Origin: Candidatus Staskawiczbacteria bacterium
GTDB taxonomy: Bacteria; Patescibacteriota; Minisyncoccia; Minisyncoccales; Staskawiczbacteraceae
Reading direction: 5' to 3'
Assembly (NCBI GenBank): GCA_016196125.1
Contig: JACPYG010000015.1
Span: forward strand, 22,966-86,965
DNA: 64,000 bases
The position numbers and the translations under genes were made by a program. Positions 34,713 to 43,870 of the stretch are shown here, piece by piece (position 1 is the stretch's first letter; each line of letters begins with the position of its first letter). The notes under the pieces are model-generated. The model saw only the letters and a list, made by a program, of their open reading frames with translations, was not told where the DNA came from and searched no databases.

Positions 34713-36386
34713 CTATTTTAATATTGCTTTAATTCTTCTGATGCCTGAACCTAAAGATTCTTCTTTTATAATTTTAAATGGTCCCCGCCCAGATTCTGGG
34801 CGAGGCTCGCCCACTTTTGAGTGGGCGGCTAACTCATCAGTGCTGTTAACATGGGAGCCTCCGCAGAATTCTTTGCTAAAAACATTCCCCTTTTTATCTT
34901 GTATAAAATATACCGATACCGTATTACCGTATTTTACACCAAATTCCATTTCTGCGCCAATTTTTTGGGCTTCTTCTTTTGGCATTTCTCTTTTTACCAC
35001 CAAAAACCCTTCTTTGATTTTTTCATTTACAATATCTTCAACTTTCTTTTTTTCTTCATCGGTAAGTTTCCTGTCAAAAGAAAAATCAATCCTCAAACGC
35101 TCTGAAGTTATATTGCTACCCCTTTGTTTTATTGTTTTTCCAAAAACTTCCTGCAAAGCGGCTAAAAGCAAATGATGAGCAGTATGCAATTTTATAGTTT
35201 CTGGCTTATCATCGGCCAATCCTCCCTTAAACATACCGGCCGAAGCAGTTTTGGACAATTCTTGATGTTTCTTTAATTCTTTATTAAATTCTTTTTCGTT
35301 AATATTTGGAAAAAATTCCTTAATAATATCATAGGGCAGGCCATAACTTTGGTATAACAGAAAAGTTGATTTTATGTCTGCATTTTTCACTTTCCCAGAT
35401 TCTGCAATACCTCTTTCTAATGTCTCCAGAAACTTCTTTTTTTCGCTATCAAACTCTGTATCTATAATACTCCATCGTAATTTATAATCATCTCCAATTT
35501 TTCTTATTAATTTTTCAAAAAAACTTACTTTACTAATAAATTCATAAGCCACTATTCGTCTAATTAATCTTCTTAATATATAACCTTGTTCCTTGTTTGA
35601 TGGCTTTACCCCATCAGAAATTAAAAATGAAATAGCTCTTGCATGGTCGGCAATGATTCTTTTCTTTCTCTCATCAAATTCTTCGGGAATTAATTTAATG
35701 ATCGGCTCAAACAAATCAGTTTCAAAAACAGTCTCTTTTTTTTGAACTACCATTGCCAATCTTTCCAAACCCATTCCGGTATCAACTCCAGGAGTTTCCA
35801 GTTTAGTTAATTTTTTATTTTTATCGCAAAAAAATTCATTAAAAACTATGTTCCATATTTCAATGCCGGAAACATAAATTTCGGTTGTAGGCCCGCAAGG
35901 CCCTTCTTCGCCTGTCGGTCCCCAAAAGTTATCAATTCCTTCTCTTTTTATTTTAATTTTAAGGTCTATCTCTTTCCAAATTTTTTCTGATTTCTCATCA
36001 GGAGGAACATTTTTGTCTCCCTTAAAAACAGTTACATAATCAATTTTCAATCCCAGTTCTTTTACAATAAATTCATGCGCCAATTTTATGGCTTCTTCCT
36101 TGAAATATCCGCCGAAAGAAAAGTTTCCCAACATTTCAAAAAAGGTCAAATGCCTCTCGTCTCCCACTTCATCAATATCCGATGTTCTTATGCATTTTTG
36201 GCAAGAAACGACATTTTTACCATAGGGAGATTCCTCGCCCAAATAATATGGCTTAAACTGCTGCATTCCGGCAGTAGTGAATAAAACAGATGAATCCGAT
36301 GGCAATAAAGACGAAGAAGGCACTATTTTGTGCCCATTTTTTTTAAAAAATTGTAAAAATTTTTGTCGTAATTCGTCTGATTGCAT
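34713..36386 (-). CDS. alaS: Alanyl-tRNA synthetase, minimal 557-aa form (catalytic plus editing core, no C-Ala domain)
   Basis: N-terminal FLQFFKKNGHKIVPSSSLLP, editing HTAHHLL and CGGSHV motifs. The protein ends shortly after GIRRIKA. Confidence 0.9.
   Translation of the reverse strand: MQSDELRQKFLQFFKKNGHKIVPSSSLLPSDSSVLFTTAGMQQFKPYYLGEESPYGKNVVSCQKCIRTSDIDEVGDERHLTFFEMLGNFSFGGYFKEEAIKLAHEFIVKELGLKIDYVTVFKGDKNVPPDEKSEKIWKEIDLKIKIKREGIDNFWGPTGEEGPCGPTTEIYVSGIEIWNIVFNEFFCDKNKKLTKLETPGVDTGMGLERLAMVVQKKETVFETDLFEPIIKLIPEEFDERKKRIIADHARAISFLISDGVKPSNKEQGYILRRLIRRIVAYEFISKVSFFEKLIRKIGDDYKLRWSIIDTEFDSEKKKFLETLERGIAESGKVKNADIKSTFLLYQSYGLPYDIIKEFFPNINEKEFNKELKKHQELSKTASAGMFKGGLADDKPETIKLHTAHHLLLAALQEVFGKTIKQRGSNITSERLRIDFSFDRKLTDEEKKKVEDIVNEKIKEGFLVVKREMPKEEAQKIGAEMEFGVKYGNTVSVYFIQDKKGNVFSKEFCGGSHVNSTDELAAHSKVGEPRPESGRGPFKIIKEESLGSGIRRIKAILK
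34781..34830. repeat. GC double-hairpin element in frame in alaS (AAHSKVGEPRPESGRG)
   Basis: GTCCCCGCCCAGATTCTGGGCGAGGCTCGCCCACTTTTGAGTGGGCGGCT; shares about 32 nt with 41671-41723 in rplR. Confidence 0.85.
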
Positions 36387-36402
36387 TACTACATTTTATT
36401 AT

Positions 36403-36927
36403 TTATGTATACCTGTCGGCTACAACCGATGCGGCAAATGACTGCGGTTTTATTCTTGGCTCAAAACCGTTGCTTCTTATCAAGCCAGTTACTTCTTTTA
36501 CCATTTCTTTTGTTTTGCCCTGCTCGCCCACATCGGCATGAATATATTGGAATTGGTAATTAAAAGTCGGGGTGGCTTTGCCGAATTCTTTTTCTAGTGT
36601 TTCTCTTAAAGACAAAGCCAACTCGCAAGACAAATAAACTTCTTGTAAAATTCTGTTTTTCCAATTAACGAATCTTTTTAAAAAAGAGTCGGGATAATGC
36701 ATTTTCTTTAAAAAGAACCTGCCCCCGGCTCCTGTTCTTAACACAACAATGGCTATTGGAAAAAATGGCTTAGTGGAAGAAGGCGAATCGCATCCCACAA
36801 CAATATCATAAAAAAATTCCGGCTGTTCGTTAATATAGTTATAGATTTCTCTTATAACATCATTAAACTCCAGGTTTCCCATGCTGGGGCTGTAAAAATG
36901 ACCGCTGTTTATGATTTCCTCATTCAT
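36403..36927 (-). CDS. DUF458 (YkuK-like, RNase H-fold) family protein
   Basis: VVGCDS ... IHADVGEQGKT ... IKPQSFAASVVADRYT pattern. Start at MNEEII (ATG 36927), just after the tpiA stop. Confidence 0.65.
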   Translation of the reverse strand: MNEEIINSGHFYSPSMGNLEFNDVIREIYNYINEQPEFFYDIVVGCDSPSSTKPFFPIAIVVLRTGAGGRFFLKKMHYPDSFLKRFVNWKNRILQEVYLSCELALSLRETLEKEFGKATPTFNYQFQYIHADVGEQGKTKEMVKEVTGLIRSNGFEPRIKPQSFAASVVADRYT

Positions 36928-36928
36928 T

Positions 36929-37687
36929 TTATGCAACAGATTTAACAATTTTTAGAAATTTTTCTGCGTAAAGCGAAGCCCCGCCGACTAAAAGCCCGTT
37001 AGCCCCGGTATTTTTAATATAGAGAGCCGAGTTGTCTGAATCTACGCTGCCGCCATAAAGAACTTTCATATTATCGGCTATTTTTCTATTATACAATTTT
37101 AAAACAACTCTTCGTATAAATAAAATAGAACTCATCGTTTCGTCTTGTGAACAATTATTTCCGGACCCAATTGCCCAAATTGGCTCATAAGCAATAACAA
37201 TATTTTTTACTTCTTTTACGATAATGCCTTTTAAATCTTCTGTAATTTGCCTTTCTAAAACTTCAACTTTTTTGCCTGTCTTTTTTTCCTCATTAGTTTC
37301 ACCTATGCACAAAATCGGTTTTAATTTTTCGTGCAAGCATTCTTTTATTTTTTTATTGATAACGGTGTCTGTTTCGTTTAAATATTTTCTGGACTCTGAA
37401 TGGCCTATTATAACATATTTTACTTTTGAATCACGAAGCTGTGAAGCTGAAACCTCTCCGGTAAACGCGCCTTTTCCCCTTACCTGCCTGCCGGCAGGCA
37501 GGTAAAAAACATTCTGGGCGCCCAAAGTCAATCCTTCCAATAAGTTCAAATAAACAAAAGGCGGGCATATAACAACTTCAACCTTCTTTTCATTTTTTAA
37601 CCCTTTTTTTATTGCTTCAAAAAGAGCTTTGGCTTCTTTTTGATTGGCAGGATTCATTTTCCAGTTGGCAACAATAAGATTTTTCAT
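36929..37687 (-). CDS. tpiA: Triosephosphate isomerase
   Basis: ANWKMN, GAFTGEVS, IIGHSESR, AYEPIWAIGSG, GGASL. Confidence 0.95.
   Translation of the reverse strand: MKNLIVANWKMNPANQKEAKALFEAIKKGLKNEKKVEVVICPPFVYLNLLEGLTLGAQNVFYLPAGRQVRGKGAFTGEVSASQLRDSKVKYVIIGHSESRKYLNETDTVINKKIKECLHEKLKPILCIGETNEEKKTGKKVEVLERQITEDLKGIIVKEVKNIVIAYEPIWAIGSGNNCSQDETMSSILFIRRVVLKLYNRKIADNMKVLYGGSVDSDNSALYIKNTGANGLLVGGASLYAEKFLKIVKSVA
37482..37503. repeat. Perfect 22-bp palindrome ACCTGCCTGCCGGCAGGCAGGT in frame in tpiA (YLPAGRQV)
   Basis: Read directly from the sequence; the two halves are exact reverse complements. Confidence 0.95.
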
Positions 37688-37691
37688 AATT

Positions 37692-38438
37692 TTACAACTC
37701 GGTTAATATTTTAACTCCCTCTTTTGTAACCGCCATTGTGTGCTCAAAATGGGCCGAGAGAGAACCGTCTTTTGTCGCGTATCCATAACCGTCTTGCGCT
37801 TTCTTTAAATGCCAGTCTCCAATTGTTACCATAGGTTCCAAACAAATAACCATGCCTTCTTTTAGAACTTCTCCTTTATGCCTTGTGCCAAAGTTTGGAA
37901 TTCTGGGGTCTTCGTGAAGCTCTTTTCCAATGCCATGCCCGCAAAGATCGCGAACAACCCCAAATCCCTGGTCTTCAATATATCTTTGAATGGTATTTCC
38001 AATATCGCCAATTGTATTGCCCGGCCTTACTTTTTTAATGCCTCTTTTTAAAGCTTTTTTTGTAACCATTATCAACCTTTTAGCTTCAAAAGAAATATTG
38101 CCAACAGGAACTGTAATTGCCATATCGGTGTTGTAGTTTTTATATAAAACACCCAAATCCAATCCGATTATGTCCCCTTCTTTTAATATTCTTTCAGAAG
38201 GAAATCCATGAACTATTTCTTCGTTTACGGAAGCGCACAAAGAATAGGGAAATTTTTCGTATCCTTTAAAAGCAGGGGCGGCTCCGTGTTTTAAAATAAG
38301 GGCCTCTGCGGCCCTGTCTAACTCTATAGTGGTAACACCCGGTTTTACCATTTTTTCTATTTGGCTCAAAACATTAGCAAGGATTCTGCCGCCTTCCCTC
38401 ATTATTTTAATTTCTTCTTCTGATTTTATCTTAGTCAT
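37692..38438 (-). CDS. map: Methionine aminopeptidase type I
   Basis: 248 aa, HGIGKELHE, pita-bread metal ligands. Confidence 0.95.
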   Translation of the reverse strand: MTKIKSEEEIKIMREGGRILANVLSQIEKMVKPGVTTIELDRAAEALILKHGAAPAFKGYEKFPYSLCASVNEEIVHGFPSERILKEGDIIGLDLGVLYKNYNTDMAITVPVGNISFEAKRLIMVTKKALKRGIKKVRPGNTIGDIGNTIQRYIEDQGFGVVRDLCGHGIGKELHEDPRIPNFGTRHKGEVLKEGMVICLEPMVTIGDWHLKKAQDGYGYATKDGSLSAHFEHTMAVTKEGVKILTEL

Positions 38439-39127
38439 TTAAGTTTCTCTAATATCTCTTTGAACACATCCGAAACTGATTGCTCTCCGTTTGCCTTCCT
38501 CACCAAAATACCTTCTTTTTCAATATGGCGAGTTACAGGATAAGTTTGTTCTTTATAAATTATCAAACGATTTTTTATTGTTTCCGGATCGTCTAATTTT
38601 TTTCTCTTTATAAGCATGGAGCCGTCTAATGGACATAATTTTAAACTTTCTGTTTCTTTGGTAAATAAAATTGAATGTCGGATTAGTTCGCAAATTCTTC
38701 TGTGGGAGTTTCTAAAAATTGTCGTCTCTGCGCTAATTTCCAATAAAACAAATTTTATATTTTCTTTGCCATAAAGCTTTGTTAAAAGAGGTATTTCTTT
38801 CTCTGCTTCATAAATAGTTCTTGGCGAGCCGGAAAATATAATGCTTTTTTCATCTTTTGCCAAATCTTTTATTTTTTCTGTCATTAGAAAAACAACAAAG
38901 GGAGGACTGTTTAAGTCTCCCGATTCCCATTTTTTTATTTCATCGGCCACTTTATAATCTGTGCCTTCAATATTAAAAACTTTTTCCGGCTTTTCGTTTC
39001 TAAAACAGAATTCTATAATTTTACTTGATTCAAAATGATAATAGCCCAATTTATCGGCTAAAAGTTCTGCTTGAGTTCCCTTTCCGGCTCCCGGAGGGCC
39101 GAATAAAATAATAATTTTTTTTTCCAT
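38435..39127 (-). CDS. adk: Adenylate kinase
   Basis: P-loop GPPGAGKGTQA; position between secY and map. Confidence 0.85.
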   Translation of the reverse strand: MEKKIIILFGPPGAGKGTQAELLADKLGYYHFESSKIIEFCFRNEKPEKVFNIEGTDYKVADEIKKWESGDLNSPPFVVFLMTEKIKDLAKDEKSIIFSGSPRTIYEAEKEIPLLTKLYGKENIKFVLLEISAETTIFRNSHRRICELIRHSILFTKETESLKLCPLDGSMLIKRKKLDDPETIKNRLIIYKEQTYPVTRHIEKEGILVRKANGEQSVSDVFKEILEKLK

Positions 39128-39131
39128 ACAA

Positions 39132-40409
39132 TTAATTCGTCTCGTACTCTCTCATTTGGAGTTGAGAATTAATCTGCCGCAATGTGTCTAAAACCACACT
39201 GACAACAATTAAAAGCGACGTGCCGCCTATTAGAAAAGCGAATCCGGTAACTCCAGTGACGCCAGATACAATAGAGGGCAAAATGGCAATCAAGCCCAAA
39301 GAGATGGCGCCAGTGAATAAAACTCTATTTAAAATATGACTTAAAAAATCAGTTGTGGATTTACCCGGCCTTACTCCGGGAATAAACCCTCCCATTTTTT
39401 GCAGGTTTTCTGAAATTGTTTTCGGATCAAATGTAATTGCCGTATAAAAATAAGTAAAGATAATAACTAATAAAAAATATAATATTCCATGCACCCAAAT
39501 GTTGTTGAAAAATGCATTTGCGGCGTTTGCGATATTTCCAATAATTCCCGGGCTTCCTCCTAAAAATCCTGCTATCATGCCAGGAAATAAAAGTATGGAA
39601 AGCGCAAAAATAATAGGAATAACTCCGGCCGGATTAACGTTTAAAGGCAGATAAGTTGAAACTCCTCCGTACATCTTCATGCCCCTCACTCTTTTTGCAT
39701 ATGAAACTGGAATATTCCTGCGCGCTTCTGTAATCAAAACAACCCCGGCAATTATTGCTATAGACAGAATAAAGAACAAAAAATAAGAAGGGATTTTAGA
39801 CGGATCCCAAGCAACAAATGTTTGAAATATATTTGACGGAAGGCTGGCAACAATACCGGCAAAAATCAAAAGAGAAATTCCGTTTCCCATTCCCTGCTCT
39901 GAAATAATTTCGCCCAGCCACATTAAAAACATCGCTCCTGCCGCAATTGTTAAAATTGAGCTAAAAAGCATCAAAGGTTCTAAAGGAGCAATAATTCCCT
40001 GCCTTTGAAACAAAGTTAACATTCCATAACCTTCAAAAACAGCCAAAGGAATTGTTGCCAATCTTGCATACTGGTTAAATTTTTGGCGTCCGGCCTCGCC
40101 TTCTTCTTTATATAATTTTTCCAATGCTGGAAAAATCATTGTTAAAAGCTGGAATATAATTGTGGCTGTAATATAAGGTCCGAGTCCGAGCAATACAATA
40201 GAAAAATTACTCAACGCGCCTCCGGAAAAAAGATTCAAAAGGCCGAAAACCTGATTTTGAGCAAAGAATTTTCTTAATTCATCAAGCCCAATTCCAGGAA
40301 TAGGTATATTGGCCGCTATTCTAAAAATAATAAACAAAAAAATAACAAACAAAAACTTATTCCTAAGTTCCTTATTTTTAAAAAGAAATAATATTTTATC
40401 GTACCACAT
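39132..40409 (-). CDS. secY: Preprotein translocase subunit SecY
   Basis: 425 aa, 10 TM, position after rplO. Confidence 0.95.
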   Translation of the reverse strand: MWYDKILFLFKNKELRNKFLFVIFLFIIFRIAANIPIPGIGLDELRKFFAQNQVFGLLNLFSGGALSNFSIVLLGLGPYITATIIFQLLTMIFPALEKLYKEEGEAGRQKFNQYARLATIPLAVFEGYGMLTLFQRQGIIAPLEPLMLFSSILTIAAGAMFLMWLGEIISEQGMGNGISLLIFAGIVASLPSNIFQTFVAWDPSKIPSYFLFFILSIAIIAGVVLITEARRNIPVSYAKRVRGMKMYGGVSTYLPLNVNPAGVIPIIFALSILLFPGMIAGFLGGSPGIIGNIANAANAFFNNIWVHGILYFLLVIIFTYFYTAITFDPKTISENLQKMGGFIPGVRPGKSTTDFLSHILNRVLFTGAISLGLIAILPSIVSGVTGVTGFAFLIGGTSLLIVVSVVLDTLRQINSQLQMREYETN

Positions 40410-40417
40410 AATAGTTT

Positions 40418-40849
40418 TTACTTGATCGTACCTCCGGCTTTTTCAATTGCCTCTTTTGCCGTTTTTGACACTTTGCAGTTTTCAATAATCAACTGCTTTG
40501 ATAACTTTCCCCTGCCCAATATTTTAACTTTCGGCATCTTATTATCTATCATACGAATAATTCCTTTTTTAATCAAATTGCCGGGATTTATAATTTCTCC
40601 ATTTTTTGAAGTTTTTTCTAAAGTATCTATATTCACAATAGCAGAATTATCTTCTAAAACAAAACTCCTATACCCTTTTAATTTCGGGTATCTTTTGATC
40701 AATTCTCTGATAATCGGCACCATTTTTCTGCCAGACCTTGCGCTTTGTCCCTTGTTGCCTCTTCCGGAGTATGTGCCCTTTTTGCCGCCTCTGCCAACTC
40801 TTTTTTTTCTTTTTAATTTATGTTTTGGTTTTAATTCGTGTAATTGCAT
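40418..40849 (-). CDS. rplO: 50S ribosomal protein L15
   Basis: MQLHELKPKHKLKRKKRVGRGGKKGTYSGRGNKGQ. Confidence 0.95.
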   Translation of the reverse strand: MQLHELKPKHKLKRKKRVGRGGKKGTYSGRGNKGQSARSGRKMVPIIRELIKRYPKLKGYRSFVLEDNSAIVNIDTLEKTSKNGEIINPGNLIKKGIIRMIDNKMPKVKILGRGKLSKQLIIENCKVSKTAKEAIEKAGGTIK

Positions 40850-40863
40850 GATGATATTACGAA

Positions 40864-41472
40864 CTAAGTTCGTTTTAGTTTTTTTAAGGCCTCCATTGTT
40901 GCTCTGGCATTATTTAGCTTATTTTTGGAACTTGAAAGGATCTTTGAAGAAATATTTTTAATGCCGGCCAACTCGCAAATAAACCTTACCGCTCCTCCGG
41001 CAACCAAACCTCTCCCCTTCTTTTGCGGTTTTAACAAAATTCTTGCCGGTCCAAATTTTGCTTCTACTTCATGGGAAATAGTGCCATCTACGATAACAAC
41101 ACTTACGAGTGACTTTTTTGCCTTGTTGGTGGCTTTTTCTATAGCTTGAGAAACATCTTTTCCTTTATCTACTCCTATGCCTATCTTGCCTTTTTTATTG
41201 CCGGCAATAACAACTGCCCTAAATCTTAAACGCTTGCCTCCGCCTGTAACCCTGACAACTCTAGCCAAATCTAAAAGTTTTGATTCAAATTCATCGCTTG
41301 CTTTGTTTTTATTTCCAAAACCACGCCCGGAACCGCGACCTGCGCCATAACCACGGCCGGAATCTCTGCCTTTTTGCATGCTATCGCCAAACGGTTTAAA
41401 GCTGAATTCTTTATTCATAACTTTTGGCGCTGGCGAGGAATTAACATCTTTTTTTTCTATTTTTTCTTCCAT
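40864..41472 (-). CDS. rpsE: 30S ribosomal protein S5 with an RG-rich N-terminal extension
   Basis: VVRVTGGGKRLRFRAVVIAGNKKGKIGIG. rplO follows directly with no L30 gene between them. Confidence 0.95.
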   Translation of the reverse strand: MEEKIEKKDVNSSPAPKVMNKEFSFKPFGDSMQKGRDSGRGYGAGRGSGRGFGNKNKASDEFESKLLDLARVVRVTGGGKRLRFRAVVIAGNKKGKIGIGVDKGKDVSQAIEKATNKAKKSLVSVVIVDGTISHEVEAKFGPARILLKPQKKGRGLVAGGAVRFICELAGIKNISSKILSSSKNKLNNARATMEALKKLKRT

Positions 41473-41499
41473 TTTTATAATTTAAAATAATTTAATTTT

Positions 41500-41910
41500 T
41501 TAAAATTTTAATCCTCCTTCTCTGGCTCCATCGGCCAATGCTTTTACTCTGCCATGAAAAACAATTCCCCCTCTGTCAAAAACAATTTTTTCTATATTTT
41601 GAGCTTCCGCCTTTTTAGCAATTAACCTACCCACCATAAATGCAGATAATACTTTGCTGGTCATTTTTTCATCCCGCCCAAATTCATTTGGGCGAGGCTC
41701 GCCCGCCTTTTTAGGCGAGGCGGCTTTTCCAATTTTTATTTCTTTATCAAAAGCAGAAACCAAAACTTTGGCAGTATCATCATTAATTAACTGAGCATAA
41801 ATATGAGATAAAGACCTAAAAACGCAGAGACGTGGCCTGTCTTTTGTGCCATGGCATTTTATTCTTATTTTTTTATGGCGCCTTATGCGTTTTAACTTTT
41901 TTGGTAACAT
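41500..41910 (-). CDS. rplR: 50S ribosomal protein L18 (136 aa, carries an internal GC-element insertion)
   Basis: [18 protein letters not shown] ... [27 protein letters not shown]. Confidence 0.95.
   Translation of the reverse strand: MLPKKLKRIRRHKKIRIKCHGTKDRPRLCVFRSLSHIYAQLINDDTAKVLVSAFDKEIKIGKAASPKKAGEPRPNEFGRDEKMTSKVLSAFMVGRLIAKKAEAQNIEKIVFDRGGIVFHGRVKALADGAREGGLKF
41671..41723. repeat. GC double-hairpin element in frame in rplR ([18 protein letters not shown])
   Basis: ATCCCGCCCAAATTCATTTGGGCGAGGCTCGCCCGCCTTTTTAGGCGAGGCGGCT. Confidence 0.85.
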
Positions 41911-41914
41911 GATA

Positions 41915-42469
41915 TTATTTTTTAGCCGAAACTACTTTTTTACCTTCTTTTCTTCTGATTTTTTCTCCTTGATATTTAATACCTTTGCCTTTATATGGCT
42001 CTGCCTTTTTTGCCTTTCTAATTACAGCCGAAACTTGGCCAACGGCCTGCTTATTTATGCCAGAAACAGTAATCACATTTTTTTCTACAGAAAAATTAAT
42101 TCCCTCCGGCTTTTTAATTTTAATCGGATTTATAAAACCAACATTTAGGACTAAATTTTCTCCGTCAACCATAGCTTTATAACCAACTCCCTCTATTTCT
42201 AACTTTTTCTCAAATCCTTTGCTGACCCCACAAACCATATTAAAAATAAGAGCCCTGTATAATCCCCAAAGACTTTTTGCTTTTTTTGATGGATTATCTT
42301 CTCTTTTGAGAGAAACTAAAATCTCGTTATCTTTTAATTCAACTTTAATATCTCTTTGCAGTTCTATTTGCAATTCTCCTTTGGATCCTAAAACTTTGAG
42401 ATTTTCATCCCCAATTTCTATTTTTACACCCTCTGGAATCTGAATTGGTTTTTTGCCTATTCTTGACAT
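41915..42469 (-). CDS. rplF: 50S ribosomal protein L6
   Basis: [19 protein letters not shown]. The ORF-track N-terminal 16 aa are read-through of the hairpin element arm. Confidence 0.95.
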   Translation of the reverse strand: MSRIGKKPIQIPEGVKIEIGDENLKVLGSKGELQIELQRDIKVELKDNEILVSLKREDNPSKKAKSLWGLYRALIFNMVCGVSKGFEKKLEIEGVGYKAMVDGENLVLNVGFINPIKIKKPEGINFSVEKNVITVSGINKQAVGQVSAVIRKAKKAEPYKGKGIKYQGEKIRRKEGKKVVSAKK

Positions 42470-42494
42470 AAAATTGTATTTATTTTTGGTTATA

Positions 42495-42610
42495 GCGGAA
42501 ATAAGGATATTTTTCAATTCGGGCTCGGGTCGCGAGAGCTTCCCGCTGTGCGGGAGCTCCCGACATAGGCCGTGGGTTTGGCGGGCGTTGAAAAATATCC
42601 TTATTTCCGC
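42495..42610. repeat. MITE-like hairpin element, 116-bp form with a nested 43-nt palindrome (rpsH-rplF spacer)
   Basis: 23-bp perfect arms GCGGAAATAAGGATATTTTTCAA / TTGAAAAATATCCTTATTTCCGC. Core TTCGGGCT[43 nt]GCCGTGGGTTTGGCGGGCG. Confidence 0.9.
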
Positions 42611-42619
42611 TTAATACTA

Positions 42620-43009
42620 CTACCATACTTCGCAAATTATTTCCCCTCCTAATTTTAATTTATTGGCTTTTTTACTTGTCATTAATCCTTTTGAAGTTGA
42701 AATAACCGATATTCCATGACCTCCTTTGACCCGTTTTATTTCTGAAACTTTCGCATAAATTCTTTGGCCAGGTTTGGAAACTCTTCTTAAATCTGATATT
42801 TTAGAAACTCCATTATCATATTTTAGAATAATTTTCATCGTCTTTACTTTACCTTTAACTACTGTTTTTACTTCTCCTATAAAATTTTCCTGCATCAAAA
42901 TTTTAGCAACTTCGTATTTTACTTTTGAAAAAGGAATGGATACTTCTGGCTTGACAACAGCTTTCGCATTCCTTATTTGATTTAACATGTCTGTTATTGG
43001 ATCTGTCAT
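42620..43009 (-). CDS. rpsH: 30S ribosomal protein S8
   Basis: MTDPITDMLNQIRNA. The ORF-track N-terminal 20 aa are repeat read-through. Confidence 0.95.
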   Translation of the reverse strand: MTDPITDMLNQIRNAKAVVKPEVSIPFSKVKYEVAKILMQENFIGEVKTVVKGKVKTMKIILKYDNGVSKISDLRRVSKPGQRIYAKVSEIKRVKGGHGISVISTSKGLMTSKKANKLKLGGEIICEVW

Positions 43010-43100
43010 TTGTGTGAGTATTAAGTATTGAGTATTTTGTATTAGGTATTTGACGTTTCGCATACTCAATACTTCATACTTTATGCTTAATGCTTCATAA
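43010..43100. repeat. Heptad-periodic inverted repeat filling the rpsN-rpsH spacer
   Basis: (NAGTATT)x5 arm 43014-43050, loop TGACGTTTCG, (NATACTT)x5 arm 43061-43098, with a 12-bp perfect pairing AGTATTGAGTAT/ATACTCAATACT. Confidence 0.8.
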
Positions 43101-43286
43101 TTACCAGGATGATTTTTTAACTCCTGGGATTTCTCCTTTATTGGCTAATTCTCTAAAACATATTCTGCAAAGGCCAAAAGCTCTCATGAACCCTCTTCTC
43201 CTGCCGCATTTAAAACAACGTCTAATAATTCTTGAAGAATATTTCGGTTTCTTTTTTGCTTTTGCTATTTGTGATGTCTTTGCCAT
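43101..43286 (-). CDS. rpsN: 30S ribosomal protein S14, short zinc-binding (type Z) form
   Basis: 61 aa, [23 protein letters not shown]. Confidence 0.95.
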   Translation of the reverse strand: MAKTSQIAKAKKKPKYSSRIIRRCFKCGRRRGFMRAFGLCRICFRELANKGEIPGVKKSSW

Positions 43287-43287
43287 G

Positions 43288-43851
43288 TTATTTATCTTCT
43301 TTAATAGGAAATCCTAATAATTTATATAATTCTAATCCTTCTTCTTTGTTTTTTGCATTTGTAACAATTGTTATTTCTAATCCAAAAATAGTTTTTTCTT
43401 TTTCGGCAAAAATTTCAGGAAAAGAAATGTGTTCGCGAAAACCGATATTTAAATTGCCTCTCTTGTCTATTGCTTTTTGTGAGACACCCTTAAAATCGCG
43501 AGACCTCGGAAAAGACAAATAAACCAATCTCTCTAGAAAATCCCACATTTTGCTTTTTCTCAATGTTACCATTGAAGCAATCTCCAATCCTTCCCTTAAC
43601 TTAAAACCGGCAATTGATTTTTTGGATTTTACTAATTTTGGCTTTTGTCCAGAAATAGAAGCTAAATCTTGCATAATAAGATTCTGTATTTTTTCCCTTT
43701 CTCCTGATGTTTTGGTTACGGCTGTCTTTCCGAAACAAGTATTTATAACCACTTTTAAAATCTTCGGAACGGCCATTGTATTTTTGTAACCAAAAATCTT
43801 TTGCATTTGCGGCACTACTTCTTTATTATATTTTTCTTTTAAACTAAACAT
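43288..43851 (-). CDS. rplE: 50S ribosomal protein L5
   Basis: Position plus ...[16 protein letters not shown]... Confidence 0.95.
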   Translation of the reverse strand: MFSLKEKYNKEVVPQMQKIFGYKNTMAVPKILKVVINTCFGKTAVTKTSGEREKIQNLIMQDLASISGQKPKLVKSKKSIAGFKLREGLEIASMVTLRKSKMWDFLERLVYLSFPRSRDFKGVSQKAIDKRGNLNIGFREHISFPEIFAEKEKTIFGLEITIVTNAKNKEEGLELYKLLGFPIKEDK

Positions 43852-43870
43852 ATTTTATAATCTCTTTTTT

